NCBI GenBank assembly: GCA_964247055.1
Contig: OZ176052.1
Span: 1,426,001 to 1,490,000 of the forward strand
Reading direction: 5' to 3'
DNA: 64,000 nucleotides
Source of the DNA: Paragordius varius
Taxonomy: Eukaryota; Animalia; Nematomorpha
Shown piece by piece: positions 1 to 15,000 of this stretch; position 1 is the first letter of the stretch; each line of letters opens with the position of its first letter. Made by a program: the position numbers and the translations under genes. Under the pieces are notes generated by a model, which had not been told where the DNA came from, did not search any database, and worked only from the letters and a program-made list of their open reading frames with translations.

Positions 1-3000
1 GGATTGTAAGTTAATATTTTAGGTATTTGGTGGCTGATTTGATTAATGTTCGATATTCCTAATTAAAAGTATTTTTATAATGTAAACTTTAGATTCTAGG
101 ACAAGTAAGTTCATATTTTAGGTATTTGGTGGGTGATTGGATTAATGTTCGATATTTTTAATTAAAAGTATTTTTATAATGTAATTTTTAGATTCTTGGA
201 TTGTAAGTTAATATTTTAGGTATTTGGTGGCTGATTTGATTAATGTTCGATATTCCTAATTAAAAGTATATAATAATATAATTTTTAGATTCTTGGACAA
301 GTAAGTTAATATTTTAGGTATTTGGTGGGTGATTGGATTAATGTTCGATATTCCTAATTAAAAGTATTTTTATAATGTAATTGTTAGATTCTTGGACAAG
401 TAAGTTAATATTTTAGGTATTTGGTGGCTGATTTGATTAATGTTCGATATTCCTAATTAAAAGTATATAATAATATAATTTTTAGATTCTTGGACAAGTA
501 AGTTAATATTTTAGGTATTTGGTGGGTGATTGGATTAATGTTTGATATTCCTAATTAAAAGTATTTTTATAATGTAATTTTTAGATTCTTGGACAGTTAA
601 AATTTTATATTTGGTGGGTGATTGGATTAATGTTCGATATTCCTAATTAAAAGTATTTTTATAATGTAATTGTTAGATTCTTGGACAAGTAAGTTAATAT
701 TTTAGGTATTTGGTGGGTGATTGGATTAATGTTCGATATTCCTAATTAAAAGTATCTGTATAATGTAATTTTTAGATTCTAGGACAAGTAAGTTAATATT
801 TTAGGTATTTGGTGGCTGATTGGATTAATATTCGATATTCCTAATTAAAAGTATCTGTATAGTATAATTTTTAGATTCTTGGACAAGTAAGTTCATATTT
901 TAGGTATTTGGTGGGTGATTGGATTAATGTTCGATATTCCTAATTAAAAGTATTTTTATAATGTAATTTTTAGATTCTTGGATTGTAAGTTAATATTTTA
1001 GGTATTTGGTGGGTGATTGGATTAATGTTCGATATTCCTAATTAAAAGTATCTGTATAATGTAATTTTTAGATTCTAGGACAAGTAAGTTAATATTTTAG
1101 GTATTTGTTGGGTGATTGGATTAATGTTCGATATTCCTAATTAAAAGTATTTTTATAATGTAATTGTTAGATTCTTGGACAAGTAAGTTAATATTTTAGG
1201 TATTTGGTGGCTGATTTGATTAATGTTCGATATTCCTAATTAAAAGTATATAATAATATAATTTTTAGATTCTTGGACAAGTAAGTTAATATTTTAGGTA
1301 TTTGGTGGGTGATTGGATTAATGTTCGATATTCCTAATTAAAAGTATTTTTATAATGTAATTGTTAGATTCTTGGACAAGTAAGTTAATATTTTAGGTAT
1401 TTGGTGGGTGATTGGATTAATGTTCGATATTCCTAATTAAAAGTATTTTTATAATGTAATTGTTAGATTCTTGGACAAGTAAGTTAATATTTTAGGTATT
1501 TGGTGGGTGATTGGATTAATGTTCGATATTCCTAATTAAAAGTATCTGTATAATATAATTTTTAGATTCTTGGACAAGTAAGTTATTATTTTAGGTATTT
1601 GGTGGGTGATTGGATTAATGTTCGATATTCCTAATTAAAAGTATTTTTATAATGTAATTTTTAGATTCTTGGATTGTAAGTTAATATTTTAGGTATTTGG
1701 TGGGTGATTGGATTAATGTTCGATATTCCTAATTAAAAGTATCTGTAAAATGTAATTTTTAGATTCTAGGACAAGTAAGTTAATATTTTAGGTATTTGGT
1801 GGCTGATTGGATTAATGTTCGATATTCCTAATTAAAATATCTGTATAATATAATTTTTAGATTCTTGGACAAGTAAGTTAATATTTTAGGTATTTGGTGG
1901 GTGATTGGATTAATGTTCGATATTCCTAATTAAAAGTATCTGTATAATATAATTTTTAGATTCTTGGACAAGTAAGTTAATATTTTAGGTATTTGGTGGG
2001 TGATTGGATTAATGTTCGATATTCCTAATTAAAAGTATTTTTATAATGTAAACTTTAGATTCTAGGACAAGTAAGTTAATATTTTAGGTATTTGGTGGGT
2101 GATTGGATTAATGTTCGATATTTTTAATTAAAAGTATTTTTATAATGTAATTTTTAGATTCTTGGATTGTAAGTTAATATTTTAGGTATTTGGTGGCTGA
2201 TTTGATTAATGTTCGATATTCCTAATTAAAAGTATTTTTATAATGTAAACTTTAGATTCTAGGACAAGTAAGTTCATATTTTAGGTATTTGGTGGGTGAT
2301 TGGATTAATGTTCGATATTTTTAATTAAAAGTATTTTTATAATGTAATTTTTAGATTCTTGGATTGTAAGTTAATATTTTAGGTATTTGGTGGCTGATTT
2401 GATTAATGTTCGATATTCCTAATTAAAAGTATATAATAATATAATTTTTAGATTCTTGGACAAGTAAGTTAATATTTTAGGTATTTGGTGGGTGATTGGA
2501 TTAATGTTCGATATTCCTAATTAAAAGTATTTTTATAATGTAATTGTTAGATTCTTGGACAAGTAAGTTAATATTTTAGGTATTTGGTGGCTGATTTGAT
2601 TAATGTTCGATATTCCTAATTAAAAGTATATAATATTATAATTTTTAGATTCTTGGACAAGTAAGTTAATATTTTAGGTATTTGGTGGGTGATTGGATTA
2701 ATGTTTGATATTCCTAATTAAAAGTATTTTTATAATGTAATTTTTAGATTCTTGGACAGTTAAAATTTTATATTTGGTGGGTGATTGGATTAATGTTCGA
2801 TATTCCTAATTAAAAGTATTTTTATAATGTAATTGTTAGATTCTTGGACAAGTAAGTTAATATTTTAGGTATTTGGTGGGTGATTGGATTAATGTTCGAT
2901 ATTCCTAATTAAAAGTATCTGTATAATGTAATTTTTAGATTCTAGGACAAGTAAGTTAATATTTTAGGTATTTGGTGGCTGATTGGATTAATATTCGATA

Positions 3001-6000
3001 TTCCTAATTAAAAGTATCTGTATAGTATAATTTTTAGATTCTTGGACAAGTAAGTTCATATTTTAGGTATTTGGTGGGTGATTGGATTAATGTTCGATAT
3101 TCCTAATTAAAAGTATTTTTATAATGTAATTTTTAGATTCTTGGATTGTAAGTTAATATTTTAGGTATTTGGTGGGTGATTGGATTAATGTTCGATATTC
3201 CTAATTAAAAGTATCTGTATAATGTAATTTTTAGATTCTAGGACAAGTAAGTTAATATTTTAGGTATTTGTTGGGTGATTGGATTAATGTTCGATATTCC
3301 TAATTAAAAGTATTTTTATAATGTAATTGTTAGATTCTTGGACAAGTAAGTTAATATTTTAGGTATTTGGTGGGTGATTGGATTAATGTTCGATATTCCT
3401 AATTAAAAGTATCTGTATAATGTAATTTTTAGATTCTAGGACAAGTAAGTTAATATTTTAGGTATTTGGTGGCTGATTGGATTAATATTCGATATTCCTA
3501 ATTAAAAGTATCTGTATAATATAATTTTTAGATTCTTGGACAAGTAAGTTCATATTTTAGGTATTTGGTGGGTGATTGGATTAATGTTCGATATTCCTAA
3601 TTAAAAGTATTTTTATAATGTAATTTTTAGATTCTTGGATTGTAAGTTAATATTTTAGGTATTTGTTGGGTGATTGGATTAATGTTCGATATTCCTAATT
3701 AAAAGTATTTTTATAATGTAATTTTTAGATTCTAGGACAAGTAAGTTAATATTTTAGGTATTTGGTGGGTGATTGGATTAATGTTCGATATTCCTAATTA
3801 AAAGTATTTTTATAATGTAATTTTTAAATTCTTGGACAAGTAAGTTAAAATTTTATATTTGGTGGGTGATTGGATTAATGTTCGATATTCCTAATTAAAA
3901 GTATTTTTATAATGTAATTGTTAGATTCTTGGACAAGTAAGTTAATATTTTAGGTATTTGGTGGGTGATTGGATTAATGTTCGATATTCCTAATTAAAAG
4001 TATCTGTATAATGTAATTTTTAGATTCTAGGACAAGTAAGTTAATATTTTAGGTATTTGGTGGGTGATTGGATTAATGTTCGATATTCATAATTAAAAGT
4101 ATTTTTATAATGTAAACTTTAGATTCTAGGACAAGTAAGTTAATATTTTAGGTATTTGGTGGGTGATTGGATTAATGTTCGATATTCCAATTAAAAGTAT
4201 CTGTATAATATAATTTTTAGATTCTTGGACAAGTAAGTTATTATTTTAGGTATTTGGTGGCTGATTTGATTAATGTTCGATATTCCTAATTAAAAGTATT
4301 TTTATAATGTAATTGTTAGATTCTTGGACAAGTAAGTTAATATTTTAGGTATTTGGTGGGTGATTGGATTAATGTTCGATATTCCTAATTAAAAGTATTT
4401 TTATAATGTAATTGTTAGATTCTTGGACAAGTAAGTTAATATTTTAGGTATTTGGTGGGTGATTGGATTAATGTTCGATATTCCTAATTAAAAGTATTTT
4501 TATAATGTAATTGTTAGATTCTTGGACAAGTAAGTTAATATTTTAGGTATTTGGTGGGTGATTGGATTAATGTTCGATATTCCTAATTAAAAGTATCTGT
4601 ATAATATAATTTTTAGATTCTTGGACAAGTAAGTTATTATTTTAGGTATTTGGTGGGTGATTGGATTAATGTTCGATATTCCTAATTAAAAGTATTTTTA
4701 TAATGTAATTTTTAGATTCTTGGATTGTAAGTTAATATTTTAGGTATTTGGTGGGTGATTGGATTAATGTTCGATATTCCTAATTAAAAGTATCTGTATA
4801 ATGTAATTTTTAGATTCTAGGACAAGTAAGTTAATATTTTAGGTATTTGGTGGCTGATTGGATTAATGTTCGATATTCCTAATTAAAAGTATCTGTATAA
4901 TATAATTTTTAGATTCTTGGACAAGTAAGTTAATATTTTAGGTATTTGGTGGGTGATTGGATTAATGTTCGATATTCCTAATTAAAAGTATCTGTATAAT
5001 ATAATTTTTAGATTCTTGGACAAGTAAGTTAATATTTTAGGTATTTGGTGGGTGATTGGATTAATGTTCGATATTCCTAATTAAAAGTATTTTTATAATG
5101 TAAACTTTAGATTCTAGGACAAGTAAGTTAATATTTTAGGTATTTGGTGGGTGATTGGATTAATGTTCGATATTTTTAATTAAAAGTATTTTTATAATGT
5201 AATTTTTAGATTCTTGGATTGTAAGTTAATATTTTAGGTATTTGGTGGCTGATTTGATTAATGTTCGATATTCCTAATTAAAAGTATTTTTATAATGTAA
5301 ACTTTAGATTCTAGGACAAGTAAGTTCATATTTTAGGTATTTGGTGGGTGATTGGATTAATGTTCGATATTTTTAATTAAAAGTATTTTTATAATGTAAT
5401 TTTTAGATTCTTGGATTGTAAGTTAATATTTTAGGTATTTGGTGGCTGATTTGATTAATGTTCGATATTCCTAATTAAAAGTATATAATAATATAATTTT
5501 TAGATTCTTGGACAAGTAAGTTAATATTTTAGGTATTTGGTGGGTGATTGGATTAATGTTCGATATTCCTAATTAAAAGTATCTGTATAATATAATTTTT
5601 AGATTCTTGGACAAGTAAGTTAATATTTTAGGTATTTGGTGGGTGATTGGATTAATGTTCGATATTCCTAATTAAAAGTATTTTTATAATGTAAACTTTA
5701 GATTCTAGGACAAGTAAGTTAATATTTTAGGTATTTGGTGGGTGATTGGATTAATGTTCGATATTCCTAATTAAAAGTATTTTTATAATGTAATTGTTAG
5801 ATTCTTGGACAAGTAAGTTAATATTTTAGGTATTTGGTGGGTGATTGGATTAATGTTCGGTATTCCTAATCAAAAGTATCTGTATAATATAATTTTTAGA
5901 TTCTTGGACAAGTAAGTTATTATTTTAGGTATTTGGTGGGTGATTGGATTAATGTTCGATATTCCTAATTAAAAGTATTTTTTGTAATTTTTAGATTCTT

Positions 6001-9000
6001 GGATTGTAAGTTAATATTTTAGGTATTTGGTGGGTGATTGGATTAATGTTCGATATTCCTAATTAAAAGTATCTGTATAATGTAATTTTTAGATTCTAGG
6101 ACAAGTAAGTTAATATTTTAGGTATTTGGTGGGTGATTGGATTAATGTTCGATATTCCTAATTAAAAGTATTTTTATAATGTAATTTTTTAGATTCTTGG
6201 ACAAGTAAGTTAATATTTTAGGTGTTTGGTGGGTGATTGGATTAATGTTCGATATTCCTAACTAAAAGTATTTTTATAATCTAATTTTTAGATTCTTGGA
6301 TTGTAAGTTAATATTTTAGGTATTTGGTGGGTGATTGGATTAATGTTCGATATTCCTAATTAAAAGTATCTGTATAATGTAATTTTTAGATTCTAGGACA
6401 AGTAAGTTAATATTTTAGGTATTTGGTGGCTGATTTGATTAATGTTCGATATTCCTAATTAAAAGTATTTTTATCATGTTATTTTTAGATTCTTGGACAA
6501 GTAAGTTAATATTTTAGGTGTTTGGTGGGTGATTCAATTAATGTTCGATATTCCTAATTAAAAGTATTTTTATAATGTAATTTTTAGATTCTTGGACAAG
6601 TAAGTTAATATTTTAGGTATTTGGTGGGTGATTAGAATAATGTTCGATATTCCTAATTAAAAGTATTTTTATAATTTGATTTATAGATACTTGGACAAGT
6701 AAGTTAATATTTTAGATGTTTGGTGGGTGATTGGATTAATGTTCGGTATTCCTAATCAAAAGTATCTGTATAATATAATTTTTAGATTCTTGGACAAGTA
6801 AGTTATTATTTTAGGTATTTGGTGGGTGATTGGATTAATGTTCGATATTCCTAATTAAAAGTATTTTTTGTAATTTTTAGATTCTTGGATTGTAAGTTAA
6901 TATTTTAGGTATTTGGTGGGTGATTGGATTAATGTTCGATATTCCTAATTAAAAGTATCTGTATAATGTAATTTTTAGATTCTAGGACAAGTAAGTTAAT
7001 ATTTTAGGTATTTGGTGGGTGATTGGATTAATGTTCGATATTCCTAATTAAAAGTATTTTTATAATGTAATTTTTTAGATTCTTGGACAAGTAAGTTAAT
7101 ATTTTAGGTGTTTGGTGGGTGATTGGATTAATGTTCGATATTCCTAACTAAAAGTATTTTTATAATCTAATTTTTAGATTCTTGGATTGTAAGTTAATAT
7201 TTTAGGTATTTGGTGGGTGATTGGATTAATGTTCGATATTCCTAATTAAAAGTATCTGTATAATGTAATTTTTAGATTCTAGGACAAGTAAGTTAATATT
7301 TTAGGTGTTTGGTGTTGATTGGAATAATGTTCGATATTCCTAATTAAAAGTATTTTTATCATGTTATTTTTAGATTCTTGGACAAGTAAGTTAATATTTT
7401 AGGTGTTTGGTGGGTGATTCAATTAATGTTCGATATTCCTAATTAAAAGTATTTTTATAATGTAATTTTTAGATTCTTGGACAAGTAAGTTAATATTTTA
7501 GGTATTTGGTGGGTGATTAGAATAATGTTCGATATTCCTAATTAAAAGTATTTTTATAATTTGATTTATAGATACTTGGACAAGTAAGTTAATATTTTAG
7601 ATGTTTGGTGGGTGATTGGATTAATGTTCGATATTCCTAATTAAAAGTATTTTTATAATGTAATTTTTAGATTCTTGGATTGTAAGTTAATATTTTAGGT
7701 ATTTGGTGGGTGATTGGATTAATGTTCGATATTCCTAATTAAAAGTATTTTTATAATGTAATTTTTTAGATTCTTGGACAAGTAAGTTAATATTTTAGGT
7801 GTTTGGTGGGTGATTGGATTAATGTTCGATATTCCTAACTAAAAGTATTTTTATAATCTAATTTTTAGATTCTTGGATTGTAAGTTAATATTTTAGGTAT
7901 TTGGTGGGTGATTGGATTAATGTTCGATATTCCTAATTAAAAGTATCTGTATAATGTAATTTTTAGATTCTAGGACAAGTAAGTTAATATTTTAGGTATT
8001 TGGTGGCTGATTTGATTAATGTTCGATATTCCTAATTAAAAGTATATAATAATATAATTTTTAGATTCTTGGACAAGTAAGTTAATATTTTAGGTATTTG
8101 GTGGGTGATTGGATTAATGTTCGATATTCCCAATTAAAAGTATTTTTATAATGTAAACTTTACATTCTAGGACAAGTAAGTTAATATTTTAGGTATTTGG
8201 TGGGTGATTGGATTAATGTTCGATATTCCTAATTAAAAGTATTTTTATAATGTAATTGTTAGATTCTTGGACAAGTAAGTTAATATTTTAGGTATTTGGT
8301 GGGTGATTGGATTAATGTTCGATATTCCTAATTAAAAGTATCTGTATAATATAATTTTTAGATTCTTGGACAAGTAAGTTATTATTTTAGGTATTTGGTG
8401 GGTGATTGGATTAATGTTCGATATTCCTAATTAAAAGTATTTTTATAATGTAATTTTTAGATTCTTGGATTGTAAGTTAATATTTTAGGTATTTGGTGGG
8501 TGATTGGATTAATGTTCGATATTCCTAATTAAAAGTATCTGTATAATGTAATTTTTAGATTCTAGGACAAGTAAGTTAATATTTTAGGTATTTGGTGGCT
8601 GATTGGATTAATGTTCGATATTCCTAATTAAAAGTATCTGTATAATATAATTTTTAGATTCTTGGACAAGTAAGTTCATATTTTAGGTATTTGGTGGGTG
8701 ATTGGATTAATGTTCGATATTTTTAATTAAAAGTATTTTTATAATGTAATTTTTAGATTCTTGGATTGTAAGTTAATATTTTAGGTATTTGGTGGGTGAT
8801 TGGATTAATGTTCGATTAAAAAGTATTTTTATAATTTAATTTTTAGATTCTTGGATTGTAAGTTAATATTTTAGGTATTTGGTGGCTGATTTGATTAATG
8901 TTCGATATTCCTAATTAAAAGTATATAATAATATAATTTTTAGATTCTTGGACAAGTAAGTCAATATTTTAGGTATTTGGTGGGTGATTGGATTAATGTT

Positions 9001-12000
9001 CGATATTCCTAATTAAAAGTATCTGTATAATATAATTTTTAGATTCTTGGACAAGTAAGTTAATATTTTAGGTATTTGGTGGGTGATTGGATTAATGTTC
9101 GATATTCCTAATTAAAAGTATTTTTATAATGTAAACTTTAGATTCTAGGACAAGTAAGTTAATATTTTAGGTATTTGGTGGGTGATTGGATTAATGTTCG
9201 ATATTCCTAATTAAAAGTATTTCTATAATGTAATTGTTAGATTCTTGGACAAGTAAGTTAATATTTTAGGTATTTAGTGGGTGATTGGATTAATGTTCGG
9301 TATTCCTAATCAAAAGTATCTGTATAATATAATTTTTAGATTCTTGGACAAGTAAGTTATTATTTTAGGTATTTGGTGGGTGATTGGATTGATGTTCGAT
9401 ATTCCTAATTAAAAGTATTTTTAGAATGTAATTTTTAGATTCTTGGATTGTAAGTTAATATTTTAGGTATTTGGTGGGTGATTGGATTAATGTTCGATAT
9501 TCCTAATTAAAAGTATCTGTATAATGTAATTTTTAGATTCTAGGACAAGTAAGTTAATATTTTAGGTGTTTGGTGTTGATTGGAATAATGTTCGATATTC
9601 CTAATTAAAAGTATTTTTATCATGTTATTTTTAGATTCTTGGACAAGTAAGTTAATATTTTAGGTATTTGGTGGGTGATCAGAATAATGTTCGATATTCC
9701 TAATTAAAAGTATTTTTATAATTTGATTTATAGATTCTTGGACAAGTAATTATATATTTTAGGTGTTTGGTGGGTGATTCAATTAATGTTCGATATTCCT
9801 AATTAAAAGTATTTTTATAATGTAATTTTTAGATTCTTGGACAAGTAAGTTAATATTTTAGGTATTTGGTGGGTGATTAGAATAATGTTCGATATTCCTA
9901 ATTAAAAGTATTTTTATAATTTGATTTATAGATACTTGGACAAGTAAGTTAATATTTTAGATGTTTGGTGGGTGATTGGATTAATGTTCGATATTCCTAA
10001 TTAAAAGTATTTTTATAATGTAATTTTTAGATTCTTGGATTGTAAGTTAATATTTTAGGTATTTGGTGGGTGATTGGATTAATGTTCGATATTCCTAATT
10101 AAAAGTATTTTTATAATGTAATTTTTTAGATTCTTGGACAAGTAAGTTAATATTTTAGGTGTTTGGTGGGTGATTGGATTAATGTTCGATATTCCTAATT
10201 AAAAGTATTTTTATAATCTAATTTTTAGATTCTTGGACAAGTAAGTTAATATTTTAGGTATTTGGTGGGTGATTGGATTAATGTTCGATATTCCTAATTA
10301 AAAGTATCTGTATAATATAATTTTTAGATTCTTGGACAAGTAAGTTATTATTTTAGGTATTTGGTGGGTGATTGGATTAATGTTCGATATTCCTAATTAA
10401 AAATATTTTTATAATGTAATTTTTAGATTCTTGGATTGTAAGTTAATATTTTAGGTATTTGGTGGGTGATTGGATTAATGTTCGATATTCCTAATTAAAA
10501 GTATCTGTATAATGTAATTTTTAGATTCTAGGACAAGTAAGTTAATATTTTAGGTATTTGGTGGCTGATTTGATTAATGTTCGATATTCCTAATTAAAAG
10601 TATATAATAATATAATTTTTAGATTCTTGGACAAGTAAGTTAATATTTTAGGTATTTGGTGGGTGATTGCATTAATGTTCGATATTCCCAATTAAAAGTA
10701 TTTTTATAATGTAAACTTTAGATTCTAGGACAAGTAAGTCAATATTTTAGGTATTTGGTGGGTGATTGGATTAATGTTCGATATTCCTAATTAAAAGTAT
10801 TTTTATAATGTAATTGTTAGATTCTTGGACAAGTAAGTTAATATTTTAGGTATTTGGTGGGTGATTGGATTAATGTTCGATATTCCTAATTAAAAGTATC
10901 TGTATAATATAATTTTTAGATTCTTGGACAAGTAAGTTATTATTTTAGGTATTTGGTGGGTGATTGGATTAATGTTCGATATTCCTAATTAAAAATATTT
11001 TTATAATGTAATTTTTAGATTCTTGGATTGTAAGTTAATATTTTAGGTATTTGGTGGGTGATTGGATTAATGTTCGATATTCCTAATTAAAAGTATCTGT
11101 ATAATGTAATTTTTAGATTCTAGGACAAGTAAGTTAATATTTTAGGTATTTGGTGGCTGATTTGATTAATGTTCGATATTCCTAATTAAAAGTATATAAT
11201 AATATAATTTTTAGATTCTTGGACAAGTAAGTTAATATTTTAGGTATTTGGTGGGTGATTGGATTAATGTTCGATATTCCCAATTAAAAGTATTTTTATA
11301 ATGTAAACTTTACATTCTAGGACAAGTAAGTTAATATTTTAGGTATTTGGTGGGTGATTGGATTAATGTTCGATATTCCTAATTAAAAGTATTTTTATAA
11401 TGTAATTGTTAGATTCTTGGACAAGTAAGTTAATATTTTAGGTATTTGGTGGGTGATTGGATTAATGTTCGATATTCCTAATTAAAAGTATCTGTATAAT
11501 ATAATTTTTAGATTCTTGGACAAGTAAGTTATTATTTTAGGTATTTGGTGGGTGATTGGATTAATGTTCGATATTCCTAATTAAAAGTATTTTTATAATG
11601 TAATTTTTAGATTCTTGGATTGTAAGTTAATATTTTAGGTATTTGGTGGGTGATTGGATTAATGTTCGATATTCCTAATTAAAAGTATCTGTATAATGTA
11701 ATTTTTAGATTCTAGGACAAGTAAGTTAATATTTTAGGTATTTGGTGGCTGATTGGATTAATGTTCGATATTCCTAATTAAAAGTATCTGTATAATATAA
11801 TTTTTAGATTCTTGGACAAGTAAGTTCATATTTTAGGTATTTGGTGGGTGATTGGATTAATGTTCGATATTTTTAATTAAAAGTATTTTTATAATGTAAT
11901 TTTTAGATTCTTGGATTGTAAGTTAATATTTTAGGTATTTGGTGGGTGATTGGATTAATGTTCGATTAAAAAGTATTTTTATAATGTAATTTTTAGATTC

Positions 12001-15000
12001 TTGGATTGTAAGTTAATATTTTAGGTATTTGGTGGCTGATTTGATTAATGTTCGATATTCCTAATTAAAAGTATATAATAATATAATTTTTAGATTCTTG
12101 GACAAGTAAGTTAATATTTTAGGTATTTGGTGGGTGATTGGATTAATGTTCGATATTCCTAATTAAAAGTATCTGTATAATATAATTTTTAGATTCTTGG
12201 ACAAGTAAGTTATTATTTTAGGTATTTGGTGGGTGATTGGATTAATGTTCGATATTCCTAATTAAAAGTATTTTTTGTAATTTTTAGATTCTTGGATTGT
12301 AAGTTAATATTTTAGGTATTTGGTGGGTGATTGGATTAATGTTCGATATTCCTAATTAAAAGTATCTGTATAATGTAATTTTTAGATTCTAGGACAAGTA
12401 AGTTAATATTTTAGGTGTTTGGTGTTGATTGGAATAATGTTCGATATTCCTAATTAAAAGTATTTTTATAATTTGATTTATAGATACTTGGACAAGTAAG
12501 TTAATATTTTAGATGTTTGGTGGGTGATTGGATTAATGTTCGATATTCCTAATTAAAAGTATTTTTATAATGTAATTTTTAGATTCTTGGATTGTAAGTT
12601 AATATTTTAGGTATTTGGTGGGTGATTAGAATAATGTTTGATATTCCTAATTAAAAGTATTTTTATAATTTGATTTATAGATACTTGGACAAGTAAGTTA
12701 ATATTTTAGATGTTTGGTGGGTGATTGGATTAATGTTCGATATTCCTAATTAAAAGTATTTTTATAATGTAATTTTTAGATTCTTGGATTGTAAGTTAAT
12801 ATTTTAGGTATTTGGTGGGTGATTGGATTAATGTTCGATATTCCTAATTAAAAGTATTTTTATAATGTAATTTTTAGATTCTTGGACAAGTAAGTTAATA
12901 TTTTAGGTATTTGGTGGGTGATTAGAATAATGTTTGATATTCCTAATTAAAAGTATTTTTATAATTTGATTTATAGATACTTGGACAAGTAAGTTAATAT
13001 TTTAGATGTTTGGTGGGTGATTGGATTAATGTTCGATATTCCTAATTAAAAGTATTTTTATAATGTAATTTTTAGATTCTTGGATTGTAAGTTAATATTT
13101 TAGGTATTTGGTGGGTGATTGGATTAATGTTCGATATTCCTAATTAAAAGTATTTTTATAATGTAATTTTTTAGATTCTTGGACAAGTAAGTTAATATTT
13201 TAGGTGTTTGGTGGGTGATTGGATTAATGTTCGATATTCCTAATTAAAAGTATTTTTATAATCTAATTTTTAGATTCTTGGATTGTAAGTTAATATTTTA
13301 GGTATTTGGTGGGTGATTGGATTAATGTTCGATATTCCTAATTAAAAGTATCTGTATAATGTAATTTTTAGATTCTAGGACAAGTAAGTTAATATTTTAG
13401 GTATTTGGTGGCTGATTTGATTAATGTTCGATATTCCTAATTAAAAGTATATAATAATATAATTTTTAGATTCTTGGACAAGTAAGTTAATATTTTAGGT
13501 ATTTGGTGGGTGATTGGATTAATGTTCGATATTCCCAATTAAAAGTATTTTTATAATGTAAACTTTAGATTCTAGGACAAGTAAGTTAATATTTTAGGTA
13601 TTTGGTGGGTGATTGGATTAATGTTCGATATTCCTAATTAAAAGTATTTTTATAATAATTGTTAGATTCTTGGACAAGTAAGTTAATATTTTAGGTATTT
13701 GGTGGGTGATTGGATTAATGTTCGATATTCCTAATTAAAAGTATCTGTATAATATAATTTTTAGATTCTTGGACAAGTAAGTTATTATTTTAGGTATTTG
13801 GTGGGTGATTGGATTAATGTTCGATATTCCTAATTAAAAGTATTTTTATAATGTAATTTTTAGATTCTTGGATTGTAAGTTAATATTTTAGGTATTTGGT
13901 GGGTGATTGGATTAATGTTCGATATTCCTAATTAAAAGTATCTGTATAATGTAATTTTTAGATTCTAGGACAAGTAAGTTAATATTTTAGGTATTTGGTG
14001 GGTGATTGGATTAATGTTCGATATTCCTAATTAAAAGTATTTTTATAATGTATATTTTAGATTCTTGGATTGTAAGTTAATATTTTAGGTATTTGGTGGG
14101 TGATTGGATTAATGTTCGATATTCCTAATTAAAAGTATCTGTATAATGTAATTTTTAGATTCTAGGACAAGTAAGTTAATATTTTAGGTATTTGGTGGCT
14201 GATTGGATTAATGTTCGATATTCCTAATTAAAAGTATCTGTATAATATAATTTTTAGATTCTTGGACAAGTAAGTTCATATTTTAGGTATTTGGTGGGTG
14301 ATTGGATTAATGTTCGATATTTTTAATTAAAAGTATTTTTATAATGTAATTTTTAGATTCTTGGATTGTAAGTTAATATTTTAGGTATTTGGTGGGTGAT
14401 TGGATTAATGTTCGATTAAAAAGTATTTTTATAATTTAATTTTTAGATTCTTGGATTGTAAGTTAATATTTTAGGTATTTGGTGGGTGATTGGATTAATG
14501 TTCGATATTCCTAATTAAAAGTATCTGTATAATGTAATTTTTAGATTCTAGGACAAGTAAGTTAATATTTTAGGTGTTTGGTGTTGATTGGAATAATGTT
14601 CGATATTCCTAATTAAAAGTATTTTTATCATGTTATTTTTAGATTCTTGGACAAGTAAGTTAATATTTTAGGTATTTGGTTGGTGATCAGAATAATGTTC
14701 GATATTCCTAATTAAAAGTATTTTTATAATTTGATTTATAGATTCTTGGACAAGTAATTATATATTTTAGGTGTTTGGTGGGTGATTCAATTAATGTTCG
14801 ATATTCCTAATTAAAAGTATTTTTATAATGTAATTTTTAGATTCTTGGATTGTAAGTTAATATTTTAGGTATTTGGTGGGTGATTGGATTAATGTTCGAT
14901 ATTCCTAATTAAAAGTATTTTTATAATGTAATTTTTTAGATTCTTGGACAAGTAAGTTAATATTTTAGGTGTTTGGTGGGTGATTGGATTAATGTTCGAT

